Under the pieces are notes generated by a model, which did not search any database, had not been told where the DNA came from, and saw only the letters and a program-made list of their open reading frames with translations. DNA of 64,000 nt from Candidatus Poriferihabitaceae bacterium (GTDB lineage: Bacteria > Pseudomonadota > Gammaproteobacteria > Arenicellales > Poriferihabitantaceae), in assembly GCA_965214625.1 (NCBI GenBank), contig OZ243962.1, positions 578,739 to 642,738 on the forward strand, in the 5' to 3' direction. Each line of letters opens with the position of its first letter. Within the stretch, counting starts at the first letter, position 1. Made by a program: the position numbers and the translations under genes. Below are positions 1 to 9,836 of the stretch, in pieces.

Positions 1-153
1 CGCACTTGAAGGCAAGCGTCTGAACCAGTGGGGCTGAGGAAACCATCAGCCGAGCAACAGCTAAGAGATGAGTTAAACTGGTGACTACCGAGCCCCACAT
101 AGGAACACCGAGAAACCGTCGTTTCCGCCATATTCGGTCGCTATTATGACCCC

Positions 154-1239
154 ATGAGCGATCCCGAAATCGATAGATCACTGCTAACCAGGCAGATCAA
201 GTCTTGGGGAGGGGAACTCGGCTTTAATCACACCGCCATTGCCGGCATCAATCTTGAAACCGCCGAAACCCGACTCAAAAAATGGCTTGAAAAGGGATTC
301 CATGGGGAAATGCATTATATGCGATCCCATGGATCGAAACGCAGCCGACCGTCAACACTGATTCCAGACACGGCCAGCGTGATCACGGTTCGCATGGACT
401 ACCTGAGTGTTTCCATGCGACACGCCGAGCGGGTATTGAACACGCCCGATAAAGGTTATGTTTCCCGTTATGCGCTGGGACGGGACTATCATAAGATGAT
501 CCGCCGACGCCTGCAGAGACTTGCGACATGGATCGAAACACATTATGGCAAATTTGGCTATCGGGCGTTTTGTGACAGTGCACCCGTCATGGAAAAGCCT
601 CTGGCGGAACAATCGGGACATGGATGGATCGGCAAGCACACCAATCTGATCAACCGGAAACAGGGATCGTGGTTTTTTCTCGGCGAGCTGTACACGAATA
701 TTCCACTGATACCGGACTTGCCCACCACGGCACACTGCGGGAGTTGCCGGGACTGCATGGATGTGTGTCCAACCAAAGCGATCGTCGAACCTTATCAGCT
801 TGACGCTCGCCGATGTATCTCCTATCTGACCATCGAACTAAAAGGCACCATTCCGGTTGAATTCAGAAAGCCGATGGGAAATCGAATCTATGGCTGTGAT
901 GACTGCCAACTCGCCTGTCCGTGGAATCGATACGCGAAAATCACGGCTGAACCGGATTTTCAGGCCCGTCATCGGCTCGACGATGAAAATCTGATCAATC
1001 TGTTTGACTGGGATGAAAGGACCTTCGAGAAGAAAACAGAAGGATCGGCCATTCGCCGGATTGGGCATGTTCGCTGGCTGAGAAATATTGCCGTGGCACT
1101 GGGAAACGCCTCTCCTTCCGATCAAAACATCGTCGCTCTGCACCAAAAACAGTATGACCGATCAGAACTGGTTCGGGAACATGTTCAGTGGGCCCTGAAC
1201 CGACAAATCCGTAAATTGAAAACGATCAACTCGTCATGA
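154..1239 (+). CDS. queG: Epoxyqueuosine reductase
   Basis: YVSRYALGRDYH, DSAPVMEK, ferredoxin-like CGSCRDCMDVCPT and CISYLTIE...GCDDCQLACPWN motifs. Confidence 0.95.
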   Translation: MSDPEIDRSLLTRQIKSWGGELGFNHTAIAGINLETAETRLKKWLEKGFHGEMHYMRSHGSKRSRPSTLIPDTASVITVRMDYLSVSMRHAERVLNTPDKGYVSRYALGRDYHKMIRRRLQRLATWIETHYGKFGYRAFCDSAPVMEKPLAEQSGHGWIGKHTNLINRKQGSWFFLGELYTNIPLIPDLPTTAHCGSCRDCMDVCPTKAIVEPYQLDARRCISYLTIELKGTIPVEFRKPMGNRIYGCDDCQLACPWNRYAKITAEPDFQARHRLDDENLINLFDWDERTFEKKTEGSAIRRIGHVRWLRNIAVALGNASPSDQNIVALHQKQYDRSELVREHVQWALNRQIRKLKTINSS

Positions 1240-1892
1240 CAACCCGACTCGATCACATCGTCATTTGTTCGCACACCCTTGCCATTGGCATTGATTATGT
1301 CAGGCAAAAGCTGGGGGTTGAGGTTCCCAAAGGAGGACAACATCACCAGATGGGAACCCACAATTGTGTCATGCAACTGGGACACAACGTGTACTTTGAA
1401 ATCATCGCCATAGACCCTGACATGACACCACCTGACCGACCCCGCTGGTTCAGTATGGACAACGCCCACAGCAGGAAGGCAATCCAAAGAAAACCCGGGC
1501 TGATCACGTGGGTGGCCAATACCACTGATCTTGCCAAATGTGTTCAACAGTCCACCTTCCCCTACCCGCCCGGTCTTGCCATGCGTCGAGATCAGCTTCA
1601 CTGGCAGGTGACCTTGCCTGCTGATGGCACTCTCCCGGCCGATGGCTTGATGCCGACACTCATTCAATGGGGCACCTCTGCCCATCCTGCCAATCATATG
1701 CAGGATATGGGTTGTCGTCTTGAATCCTTACGTCTTTATCACCCCTATGCCCACTGGCTTGAAGGCCATCTGGCATCGATACAGGCAGACCACTTGGTCG
1801 AGATCATTGCGCTGCCGGCCAATCAGACGCCCTATCTGGAAGCTACGATTCGTTGCCCAAAAGGATTGATGACTTTATCCGGTGACAGATAA
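1236..1892 (+). CDS. VOC/glyoxalase-like domain protein (Glyoxalase_3 type)
   Basis: N-terminal RLDHIVI, GGQHHQMGTHN and YFEIIAIDP motifs; ATGA overlap with the queG stop. Confidence 0.8.
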   Translation: MTTRLDHIVICSHTLAIGIDYVRQKLGVEVPKGGQHHQMGTHNCVMQLGHNVYFEIIAIDPDMTPPDRPRWFSMDNAHSRKAIQRKPGLITWVANTTDLAKCVQQSTFPYPPGLAMRRDQLHWQVTLPADGTLPADGLMPTLIQWGTSAHPANHMQDMGCRLESLRLYHPYAHWLEGHLASIQADHLVEIIALPANQTPYLEATIRCPKGLMTLSGDR

Positions 1893-2025
1893 ATGACATG
1901 GCATATGGCCCTCTTCACGGTGCAGCAATCCAATCGGGACGATGACACCTATAGCTGCAAAATAACCACCGTGCCGCCTCAATGCCAACCGAATCAATGG
2001 CGGCAGGAGACTGTTTTTTACCTAA

Positions 2026-2823
2026 ATGTTGAATGTTATGAGCACAACCGACCAAAAAAGAATCAATAAACCAGACCATTTGAACCGAACGTATATCGCA
2101 CCGGAAATCGTCACCCAGAGACAACGTACCCTCGCCGCGCTCGATATAAAAACCGGGGAACAGATTCTGGACATTGGCTGCGGGACCGGGTTCCTGACCC
2201 ATGAAATGGCATTGCTGGTCGGTGAACAGGGTGTTGTTGATGCCATAGACATCAGCCAGCCCATGATTGATTACACACTAAAACGCTGTCGGACGTTACC
2301 CCAGGTCACGGCCTCTGTGGGGGATGTTTGCAACCTTTCCGCCAGTGATAAGCGCTATGATGCCGTCACCTGTACCCAGGTTCTGCTGTATGTCGAAAAC
2401 ACGTCACAGGCACTCCGTGAAATGTACCGTGTGTTGCAGCCTGGAGGCCGCATAGCGGTCATTGAAACAGATTGGCGTGGCGTGGTCATGAGTGGCAACT
2501 ATCCTGATCTTACCGAGAAGATCATGCGGTCTTGGGACAGGACCGCAGCCAATCCCAATCTACCACCCAGGATACCCCATCTGCTCAAACAACAGGGGTT
2601 CGTTGCAATCAAGACAGAAGCTATCCCGCTTCTCAATACCAGCTTCTCAACAGTTTCTTTTTCCGTGAACTCCTTGGAATGGCTATGCAAGTATGCTTAT
2701 AAACAAAACATGATCACGCGCGAGGAAGGACAAAAATGGATCACCGACCATGAACAGATGGGACAGGAAGGCAGCTATTTTTTCTGTCTTAACCGTTTTT
2801 TATTTACTGCAGTCAAGTGCTGA
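2026..2823 (+). CDS. Class I SAM-dependent methyltransferase (UbiE-like); start may be the ATG at 2038
   Basis: ILDIGCGTG SAM-binding motif; LREMYRVLQPGGRI post-motif. Confidence 0.85.
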   Translation: MLNVMSTTDQKRINKPDHLNRTYIAPEIVTQRQRTLAALDIKTGEQILDIGCGTGFLTHEMALLVGEQGVVDAIDISQPMIDYTLKRCRTLPQVTASVGDVCNLSASDKRYDAVTCTQVLLYVENTSQALREMYRVLQPGGRIAVIETDWRGVVMSGNYPDLTEKIMRSWDRTAANPNLPPRIPHLLKQQGFVAIKTEAIPLLNTSFSTVSFSVNSLEWLCKYAYKQNMITREEGQKWITDHEQMGQEGSYFFCLNRFLFTAVKC

Positions 2824-2890
2824 TCTGCTCACTAACGGGTTTGATATCAATCTTCACTTTGACGTTTTTGAGTGATGTCCCACCAGATCA

Positions 2891-3225
2891 AGGTTCTCGT
2901 CAAAACAACCTGCCCATATCAATGGGAAGGAAGCGGGGTATAGTTCCACTCGCCATGAAAGTCTGCACGACGGATTGACAGTCGGTCCATCTGTTCGTCG
3001 GTGACCTTGATCGCAGTCGGATAATCGGTGTCATCCACTTCGGATTGAATGGCCAGACCAGTTTTCGCCACCGTGGCTGCAATGAGGCTCACGATGATTT
3101 CATAGTTGATCCGCGGCCAGCCACGCCCGTATGCGGGTTCCCGAGGGGCAATGACAGACCGAGATCAACAACCCCAACTCCTCTGCCAACCGTCGCAATT
3201 CGACTTTCCTCAGCAGCCCTTACCG
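2891..3225 (-). mobile_element. Degenerate ISAzo13-family (Rhodopirellula-type DDE) transposase, C-terminal remnant
   Basis: Minus strand, across frames, reads KVELRRLAEELGLLISVCHCPSGT, then EIIVSLIAAT and TGLAIQSEVDDTDYPTAIKVTDEQMDRLSIRRADFHGEWNYT, the family C-terminus. Contains stops, frameshifts and an internal deletion. Confidence 0.8.
3146..3208. repeat. 63-bp direct repeat, copy 1 (copy 2 at 4312-4374)
   Basis: gggcaatgacagaccgagatc...caattcgactttc is present twice with 2 mismatches. Confidence 0.9.
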
Positions 3226-3383
3226 TCAACCGCCGGTTTCTCAGGGCGAGGGTGATTTAAGTACAGATCACGTATGGGACCAGGCAGGTTCGTCAGAATT
3301 TTTGCTCTGATATTGCAGATGGGGGATTGAGGCTGGCCATTCGTGCAAATGCGAGAATCCAGTGGAAAGGTTATAATATCGCA

Positions 3384-3770
3384 ATGGCTGCTATCGATGA
3401 ACAATTAACCCGATTTCTCACTCGCTACCCAAATCTCAAACTGGCCATGTTATTTGGTTCCCAGGCCACCGGGCAAGCCGCTCCCGGCAGTGACATCGAC
3501 TTGGGACTGTTGTTTGATACGCCGCTGTCCGGTAGTGACAAACTCGGAATTATTGAAGCGATCGGCGCAGCATTTGGCCGTCCGGTGGATATCGTTGATT
3601 TATTTTACGCACCCGAACCGGTCACGGGGCAGGTATTCAAGGGGAAAAGATTGCTGGGCGATAATACTGCTTATGCTGAACTGTTGACAAAACACTTGGT
3701 CAATACGGCCGATTTTCTTCCTCTTCGGGAGAGAATACTGACTGAGAGACGAAACGCATGGACCGGGTAA
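3384..3770 (+). CDS. mntA: Minimal nucleotidyltransferase (MNT) antitoxin of a type VII TA system
   Basis: LFGSQATGQAAPGSDIDLG fits the GSX10DXD motif; small size; overlaps the downstream HEPN gene. Confidence 0.85.
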   Translation: MAAIDEQLTRFLTRYPNLKLAMLFGSQATGQAAPGSDIDLGLLFDTPLSGSDKLGIIEAIGAAFGRPVDIVDLFYAPEPVTGQVFKGKRLLGDNTAYAELLTKHLVNTADFLPLRERILTERRNAWTG

Positions 3771-4195
3771 TCGTTGCGGAAAAGCTGGAGTCCCTGCGCA
3801 GGTGCATTCAAAGGATACAGGACAAAACCCCTCCCGAAATCGGAAGTTTAATATCGGAACCGGATCTGCAGGACATTCTGGTACTCAATCTGACCCGTGC
3901 AGTTCAACTCTGTGTTGACATCGGCAGTCACGTAATCGGCGCTTCCGGGGAAGCCGCTCCGGTCACAATGGGCGATGTTTTTATTACCCTCAACAAGCTC
4001 GGCGTGATTACGACGACCACCTGTGAATCAATGAAAAAAGCTGTCGGTTTCAGGAATATAGCGGTTCACAATTATGAATCCATCAACTGGGAAATCGTAT
4101 TTGCCATCTGCAATAAATCGACAGCCGATTTTTGTGAATTCGTCAAGGAGATAGAGGGCAGAGACCCGGTATCTGGGAGAAACGAGAATGAATGA
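3758..4195 (+). CDS. hepT: HEPN (DUF86) RNase toxin of a type VII TA system
   Basis: FRNIAVHNY fits the RX4HXY motif; AVQLCVDIG helix; paired with MNT. Confidence 0.85.
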   Translation: MDRVIVAEKLESLRRCIQRIQDKTPPEIGSLISEPDLQDILVLNLTRAVQLCVDIGSHVIGASGEAAPVTMGDVFITLNKLGVITTTTCESMKKAVGFRNIAVHNYESINWEIVFAICNKSTADFCEFVKEIEGRDPVSGRNENE

Positions 4196-4311
4196 TATTT
4201 TGCTGGTGGCTCGGGTTACCCTGATTGCCGGCGTGGCGCCGATCACGGCGCGGGCGGTCTGGCTCGAACGCCGCCAGAACTCCGATTAGTCCCAGCAGAC
4301 CGGAGCGCCGT

Positions 4312-4374
4312 GGGCAATGACAGACCGAGATCGACAACCCCAACTCCTCTGCCAACCGTTGCAATTCGACTTTC
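4312..4374. repeat. 63-bp direct repeat, copy 2 (copy 1 at 3146-3208)
   Basis: Direct sequence comparison, 2 mismatches. Confidence 0.9.
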
Positions 4375-4470
4375 TTCAACCGGTTGCGGCTGCCGTTGGA
4401 GCCGCCCCCATCGGCGGTATATCAGCAACCGCTTCGCGTCAGGATAAAGCGGATGGCCCATATGCCGTTG
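4312..4470 (-). mobile_element. Degenerate ISAzo13-family transposase, internal remnant
   Basis: Minus strand reads WQRHMGHPLYPDAKRLLI, then after a frameshift TADGGGSNGSRNRLKKVELQRLAEELGLSISVCHCP. Confidence 0.8.
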
Positions 4471-4541
4471 CCAGCGCCGCCCAGACAAAAAAGCGATTCC
4501 TGACTGAGGAGCAGGACGATTGGATTCATATTCCCGATGCG

Positions 4542-5409
4542 TCAACCGTCACTTTGCAAACTAGCAATGGGGTCCAGACATGCAGCCTGCCAGGCCGGTT
4601 GAAATCCGAAAAACAAGCCGGCCAATGCGGCAGTCCCAAATCCGCTGACTACCGATAGCGATGAGATCGAAAAATTCCATCCCGTAAATTGACAAGTCAC
4701 AAATGTAGCGACCAGGCCAAGCGCTATACCCAGCACACCTCCCACCATCGTCATAATCACAGACTCAATCAAGAATTGACTTTGGATATCCCCGCGCCGT
4801 GCACCAAGCGCTCGGCGAATGGCAATCTCGCGCCGTCGTTCGGTAACCGAAACCAGCATGATATTTATAATGCCAATACCGCCGACAATCAAAGAGATGC
4901 TGACAATAGCCGCCAACAACAGTGTGAAAAGTTGCATTTGTGATTCCATCTGCATGATCAGCTGTTTTGCGCTGACAACCTGTACCCTCAAATCAGGGTC
5001 CCTGCCTTGAAAGTAACCACTGACCTCGTCGGCAACCAATTCATGACTGACATCCTTCCGGTTCCTGGCAACAATGGCATCAATGTTGGTTGTCGACACC
5101 AGTCGACTCGCGGTACTGATGGGAATGAACACCGATTCATTTGCCGCAATAGTGACGGGTAATGCGTAGTTCTCCTCCGTATAACCCAGGGTACCAATCA
5201 CGGTATACAAGTTGTCTTCCAGTTCAATGAGCGATCCTTCAATTTCGCTGGCACCCGCCTCTCGCATCGCCATTGCAATGTTGTGGCCGACCACACAAAA
5301 CTGTCGGCCGATATCCAAATCAGAAATGAAACGACCTGTCTGTATCGACAGCGTATTGACCCTGGCAAACGATTCCGTGACACCCTGAATGTCTCCTTGC
5401 CCAACCCAC
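4542..5409 (-). pseudogene. 5'-truncated MacB/FtsX-like ABC permease
   Basis: C-terminal GGIGIINIMLVSVTERRREIAIRRALGA...QFLIES and PAWQAACLDPIASL are intact. The frame stays open without a start codon up to the orn stop (GDIQGVTESFARVNTLSIQTGRFISDLD). The N-terminal TM helix is missing. Confidence 0.75.
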
Positions 5410-5958
5410 TCAGGAGTCTGTCAGGTTAAAGAAAGTCCGGCGATAGTATTTCAGTTCGGCAATGGATTCTTGGATATCGTCCATCGCCCTGTGCGTATTT
5501 CGTTTCTTAAAACCCTCCGGCAACCCCGGTCTCCAGCGTCTTGCCAATTCCTTGACTGAACTGACATCCAGATTCCGATAGTGCAGATAAGCCTCAAGCT
5601 TGGGCATGTGCCTGGCCAGAAACCGTCTGTCCTGACAGATCGAATTTCCGCATAGTGGCGACTGGTTTTTCTTGACATAGCGGGCTATGAACGTCAGCGT
5701 TTCTGCTTCTGCCGCCGGTTCGTCATAACGGGATTCTCTCACCCGTTGCACCAGTCCGCTGCCAGTATGCGTTTTCGTGTTCCATTCATCCATCTCCATC
5801 AGACATTTCAATGGTTGATGAATGGCAATGACCGGGCCTTCTGCCAATATGTTCAATTGAGAATCCGTGACAATCGTGGCAATCTCTATGATTCTGTCCT
5901 GATCGGGGAGTAATCCCGTCATCTCAAGATCAATCCAGACTAAATTTTTTGGATGCAT
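5410..5958 (-). CDS. orn: Oligoribonuclease
   Basis: [35 protein letters not shown] and [11 protein letters not shown] motifs. Confidence 0.97.
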   Translation of the reverse strand: MHPKNLVWIDLEMTGLLPDQDRIIEIATIVTDSQLNILAEGPVIAIHQPLKCLMEMDEWNTKTHTGSGLVQRVRESRYDEPAAEAETLTFIARYVKKNQSPLCGNSICQDRRFLARHMPKLEAYLHYRNLDVSSVKELARRWRPGLPEGFKKRNTHRAMDDIQESIAELKYYRRTFFNLTDS

Positions 5959-6172
5959 TGTTTTCCTTAAGCCCTACGGCAAAGTGACAAATCACTGAAA
6001 GGGAGATTCGTTCAGTTCCGCTAATTGTTATTAAGCACTCCGATGTTAATACCGGACATGTTGTTGTCGTATCACGGATGGTTCATTTCGTTTTGGCCGA
6101 CGCCCTCTTCCAATCATACACGTCGGTCCATTGTGCCAACCAAGCTTGGATTCATTCACAACCCATGCTCTG

Positions 6173-6898
6173 TTACGAGCATTGGGGCTTATAGAGATCG
6201 AATCGGATTGACTTGGTCCTGATCTCACCCACTTTACCCGATTGTATCGCATTCGCATGGAGAGGTCGCTTAACCACCACCCGCTGGGTCGCTTTTTTCA
6301 ATGCCAGATGGAGAAGATGCTGCTCATCAACCGAATGATCGACAATTTTCTGTAACACCTGAAGCGGTTTTTTTGGCCGGGAAGATTTCGGCTTCGACGA
6401 AAACATCGGATCGAGGTAAACCACGTCAACCTTCGATTCCAACGATTGCAGAACTTCAATACTGTCCCCTTCGAGTAATGTCAGGTTGCGTTGAATCCCA
6501 TTGGGATCCATTCTTGACCAAGCATCCTGCACCATTGTCATGACCAGCCTATCTCGTTCGATGGCGAGTATTGAGCGACCTGATCTTGCGATCTGCAGCG
6601 CATCTGCACACCACCCTGCTGTCGCGTCAATCACAGTATGGGCCTTTTTACCCATGGCCCGCAGCAGGGGATCCGAATCCGGTCGGTACCGAATTCGGTT
6701 AAAATCGAGGGAAATGGGATTGAATCCCGCTGGGTCCGCCAGTCCCAGGGACAGTTTCCCACAGTTGATTTGAAGGATGACCGGTGTGATCACCTCGTGG
6801 ACAGAAGCAGTCACCGGTGCCCTCAGTTTGTTCGACAACTCGATGCACTGGTCCGCCTCAGGTTGATCACTGACAATGGATACCCGATGGTTTTGCAT
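6173..6898 (-). CDS. rsmJ: 16S rRNA m2G1516 methyltransferase (RsmJ/YhiQ family)
   Basis: VIDATAGW.ADA, VVYLDPMF and RVVVKRP motifs; start taken at ATG 6898 (ORF track starts at 6943). Confidence 0.85.
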   Translation of the reverse strand: MQNHRVSIVSDQPEADQCIELSNKLRAPVTASVHEVITPVILQINCGKLSLGLADPAGFNPISLDFNRIRYRPDSDPLLRAMGKKAHTVIDATAGWCADALQIARSGRSILAIERDRLVMTMVQDAWSRMDPNGIQRNLTLLEGDSIEVLQSLESKVDVVYLDPMFSSKPKSSRPKKPLQVLQKIVDHSVDEQHLLHLALKKATQRVVVKRPLHANAIQSGKVGEIRTKSIRFDLYKPQCS

Positions 6899-7017
6899 TT
6901 GCTTTTGACACCGAACAATGCTTGGGGTAAAACCGGGTGGCAAACAGGTCCGTGATTTCTGATCTCACGAACTGAGTGCAACACGATGAACGACAAGTTT
7001 AACAAAAGAGGTGATTT

Positions 7018-7815
7018 ATGGGGCTTTTAACTGGCAAACGGGCGCTGATTGCGGGGGTAGCCAGCAATCGATCCATCGCGTGGGGCATCGCACAGGCGAT
7101 GCACCGGGAAGGCGCAGAGTTGGCATTTACCTACCCCAATGAAAAGTTCCAGCCGCGAGTCGAACGCCTGGCCAGTGAGCTTGGGTCCACTATCGTATTG
7201 CCCTGTGATGTGGCCAGTGACGAGCAGATCGAGACCTTGTATCTCGAATTGGGGAACCATTGGGATGGATATGATATCCTGGTCCATTCGATCGCCTTTG
7301 CCCCCCGTGAAGAACTGGAAGGTTTTTATTTGGATGCAGTCAGCAGGGCCGGCTTTAACATCGCCCACGAAATCAGTTCCTACAGCTTCTCTGCAATGGC
7401 ACGGGCGGGTCTGCCACTGATGGCCGGTCGAGATGCTTCCATGCTGACATTAACCTATCTGGGCTCCGTTCGATCCATGCCCGGATACAATGTGATGGGA
7501 CTCGCCAAGGCAAGCCTTGAAGCGAACGTTCGGTATATGGCGCAATCGCTGGGGCATCAGGGTATCCGGGTCAATGGCATTTCTGCCGGCCCGATCCGGA
7601 CCCTGGCCGCCGCCGGAATCAAGAACTTCAAAAAAATGCTGGGGCACTTTGAGAAAGTCGCCCCCTTGGGCCGGGCAGTCACTATCGAGGAGGTCGGCAA
7701 TACAGCCATGTTCCTGTGTTCCGATCTGGCTTCGGGCATTACCGGAGAAATTACCTATGTGGATGGAGGATTCAATACGGTCGGCATCAGCGAATCCTTT
7801 ATTGACGGGGAGTGA
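7018..7815 (+). CDS. fabI: Enoyl-ACP reductase
   Basis: [26 protein letters not shown] and [11 protein letters not shown] motifs; gaggtg RBS. Confidence 0.97.
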   Translation: MGLLTGKRALIAGVASNRSIAWGIAQAMHREGAELAFTYPNEKFQPRVERLASELGSTIVLPCDVASDEQIETLYLELGNHWDGYDILVHSIAFAPREELEGFYLDAVSRAGFNIAHEISSYSFSAMARAGLPLMAGRDASMLTLTYLGSVRSMPGYNVMGLAKASLEANVRYMAQSLGHQGIRVNGISAGPIRTLAAAGIKNFKKMLGHFEKVAPLGRAVTIEEVGNTAMFLCSDLASGITGEITYVDGGFNTVGISESFIDGE

Positions 7816-7994
7816 AACCGGGCAGTGTCCACAAGACAGAGGCCTCGATATCCTCCTCTCGGGAGCCTCCTTGCGCGCGGGCCATGCAAAGGGCTGGATA
7901 CAACTTCTTTCATCCACATACAGCCCCGGCGGTGGCACTGACCCGCCACAATCACCGCGGCTTGTGACGAACCGGGCCCACAGCCCGGCATCAC

Positions 7995-9836
7995 CTAGCT
8001 CAACCCTAAAGAGTCGATTTTGTCTTTTGTCGGAACCCCGTTTGGGTCCCAGCCGCGAATCTCGTAATATTGGGGAATCATCACATCCAACTCGGCCACC
8101 CCCCCTTTTGCAAAACCACTTGGAACCGGCTCGTTCAACATTCTCGGCGGGAGCGTGTCATCCTCACGTGTCAATCCTGCCTTGAGATTGAACAATCTTT
8201 CCAGATTCCATATCCGCTCACCGGTTTCCCTTAATCTGTCCTCTGTCCACTCACCGGGACAACTGGCATTTATCATCCGGGTGAACTGGTCATAACCCCA
8301 GGTACCCGTGGTGAACAGACACAGGCCCGATGAATCAACCATCGCAACAAAATCCTGGCTGGTTGCACAGGCTTGCGCTTTTCCGGTGGTTCCCGCTTCG
8401 GAAAAATCCTGTTCGAACGTATCATGACGGAGATGGCATGCCCCGCGGTTACTGGTCGCATAGCCCAGCCCCATGCCCTGCATGGCCCGTCCGTCATACC
8501 CGGCAAACTCCTGCCCTTTCGCCACCATCGCCAACTCAGGATGTCCGTATTTTTCGCATAACCGTTTCGAACCGAGTCCCAGTTCCTTGCCAAAACCCTC
8601 GTATCTCCCGGTCTTCTCTGACATGACCACCAATGCCTCGGCACTGCCGAAACTGAGATCAATGCCATCCGTCTGCGCTTTCGTGAGCACCCCCCTTTCA
8701 TACAATTCCATCGCCGCCGCCAACGTCACGCCAAAAGAAATCGGATCCATCCCGTGCTCGTTCATCATGAATCCGGCAAATGTCAGCGCATCCAGATCAT
8801 CCACCCCGACGACCGGACCAAATGCAAAGGCGGTTTCGTATTCCAGCCCCCCAGAAGCGATCCAGTATTGCGGACGATCCTTGACGCTGAAATGATTGGG
8901 GTCAATTTTTGCAATTCGCCCGCAGGCGATCGTACAACCGAAACAGGCCGCATTGGCCAGCAGATTGGTGTGCCCATTGCGATTTTTCAGCGTGACCGCC
9001 TTGTGGTTCACCTTATCCACGCCAGCAAACGAAACCTTCCGGAAATTTTCCGTGGGCAGACCGCCAAACTCCTGCATGCTGTCCATCATCGCCAAGGTGC
9101 CATAACGCATCAAACCACGCCGATTGCCGCTCCCGTGCAACTCGGTATTCACGTCACTGACGACCGCCATCATCGCCTCCGGATTGTCATTTTTGACCCC
9201 CACTGATCCTCGCACCGCGATCGCCTTGAGGTACTTGCTTCCCATCACCGCCCCCACACCGGAACGACCGGCAGCCCGATGCAGATCATTGACCACACAG
9301 GCATAGCGGACCCCCTGTTCACCGGAGATCCCAATCGCGGCAATCTTTATCTGCATGTCCTGGTGCTGCTTGCGTATCCATTCATCCGCCTGCCAGACCG
9401 TTTTTCCCCAGATTTGATCGGCGTCATACAGTTCTGCCGTTTCATCGTTGATGGAAAGATACACCGGTTTCGTCGATTGGCCGGTGATGATCAGCATGTC
9501 GTAACCGGCATATTTCAACTCGGCACCGAATTTGCCCCCGGAGTTGGAGCAGGCAATCGCATTGGTCAGCGGGCCTTTGGTGATCACCGCATAGCGTCCG
9601 CTGGTCGAGGCCATCGTACCGGTCAGCGGTCCGGTCGCAAAAATCAACACATTGTCCGGTCCCATCGGATCGGCCGCAGGATCCATCTCCTCCCAAAGAT
9701 ATTTTGTACCCAAACCCCGGGTACCCAAATAGCTGTTCGCCCAACCCATGTTAAGCGGTTCCGAGGTCACGGTCCCCGCAGTCAGATCAACACGCAATAT
9801 TTTCTTTTGCCAACTCATTTGTCTTGTCTTTGTCAA
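7995..9836 (-). CDS. aorB: Tungsten-type aldehyde:ferredoxin oxidoreductase, catalytic subunit (AOR family)
   Basis: ILRVDLT, YLGTRGLG, AAGRSGVGAVMGSKYLKAI, CFGCTIACG, GLEYET, GMDPIS and DSSGLCLF motifs. Confidence 0.88.
   Translation of the reverse strand: MTKTRQMSWQKKILRVDLTAGTVTSEPLNMGWANSYLGTRGLGTKYLWEEMDPAADPMGPDNVLIFATGPLTGTMASTSGRYAVITKGPLTNAIACSNSGGKFGAELKYAGYDMLIITGQSTKPVYLSINDETAELYDADQIWGKTVWQADEWIRKQHQDMQIKIAAIGISGEQGVRYACVVNDLHRAAGRSGVGAVMGSKYLKAIAVRGSVGVKNDNPEAMMAVVSDVNTELHGSGNRRGLMRYGTLAMMDSMQEFGGLPTENFRKVSFAGVDKVNHKAVTLKNRNGHTNLLANAACFGCTIACGRIAKIDPNHFSVKDRPQYWIASGGLEYETAFAFGPVVGVDDLDALTFAGFMMNEHGMDPISFGVTLAAAMELYERGVLTKAQTDGIDLSFGSAEALVVMSEKTGRYEGFGKELGLGSKRLCEKYGHPELAMVAKGQEFAGYDGRAMQGMGLGYATSNRGACHLRHDTFEQDFSEAGTTGKAQACATSQDFVAMVDSSGLCLFTTGTWGYDQFTRMINASCPGEWTEDRLRETGERIWNLERLFNLKAGLTREDDTLPPRMLNEPVPSGFAKGGVAELDVMIPQYYEIRGWDPNGVPTKDKIDSLGLS

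Noticed and set aside
1-60. Window start resembling the reverse complement of a tRNA-Leu
   Set aside because: The anticodon and D stems do not pair, so no cloverleaf can be built.
6030-6060. ttaagcactc resembling a CIRCE left arm
   Set aside because: It has an extra base, there is no GAGTGCTAA right arm after 9 nt, and it is not upstream of a chaperone gene.
7816-7994. Possible moaD/aorD remnant downstream of aorB
   Set aside because: No frame gives a ubiquitin-like sequence or C-terminal GG. Only GC-rich hairpins typical of a convergent terminator zone are present.
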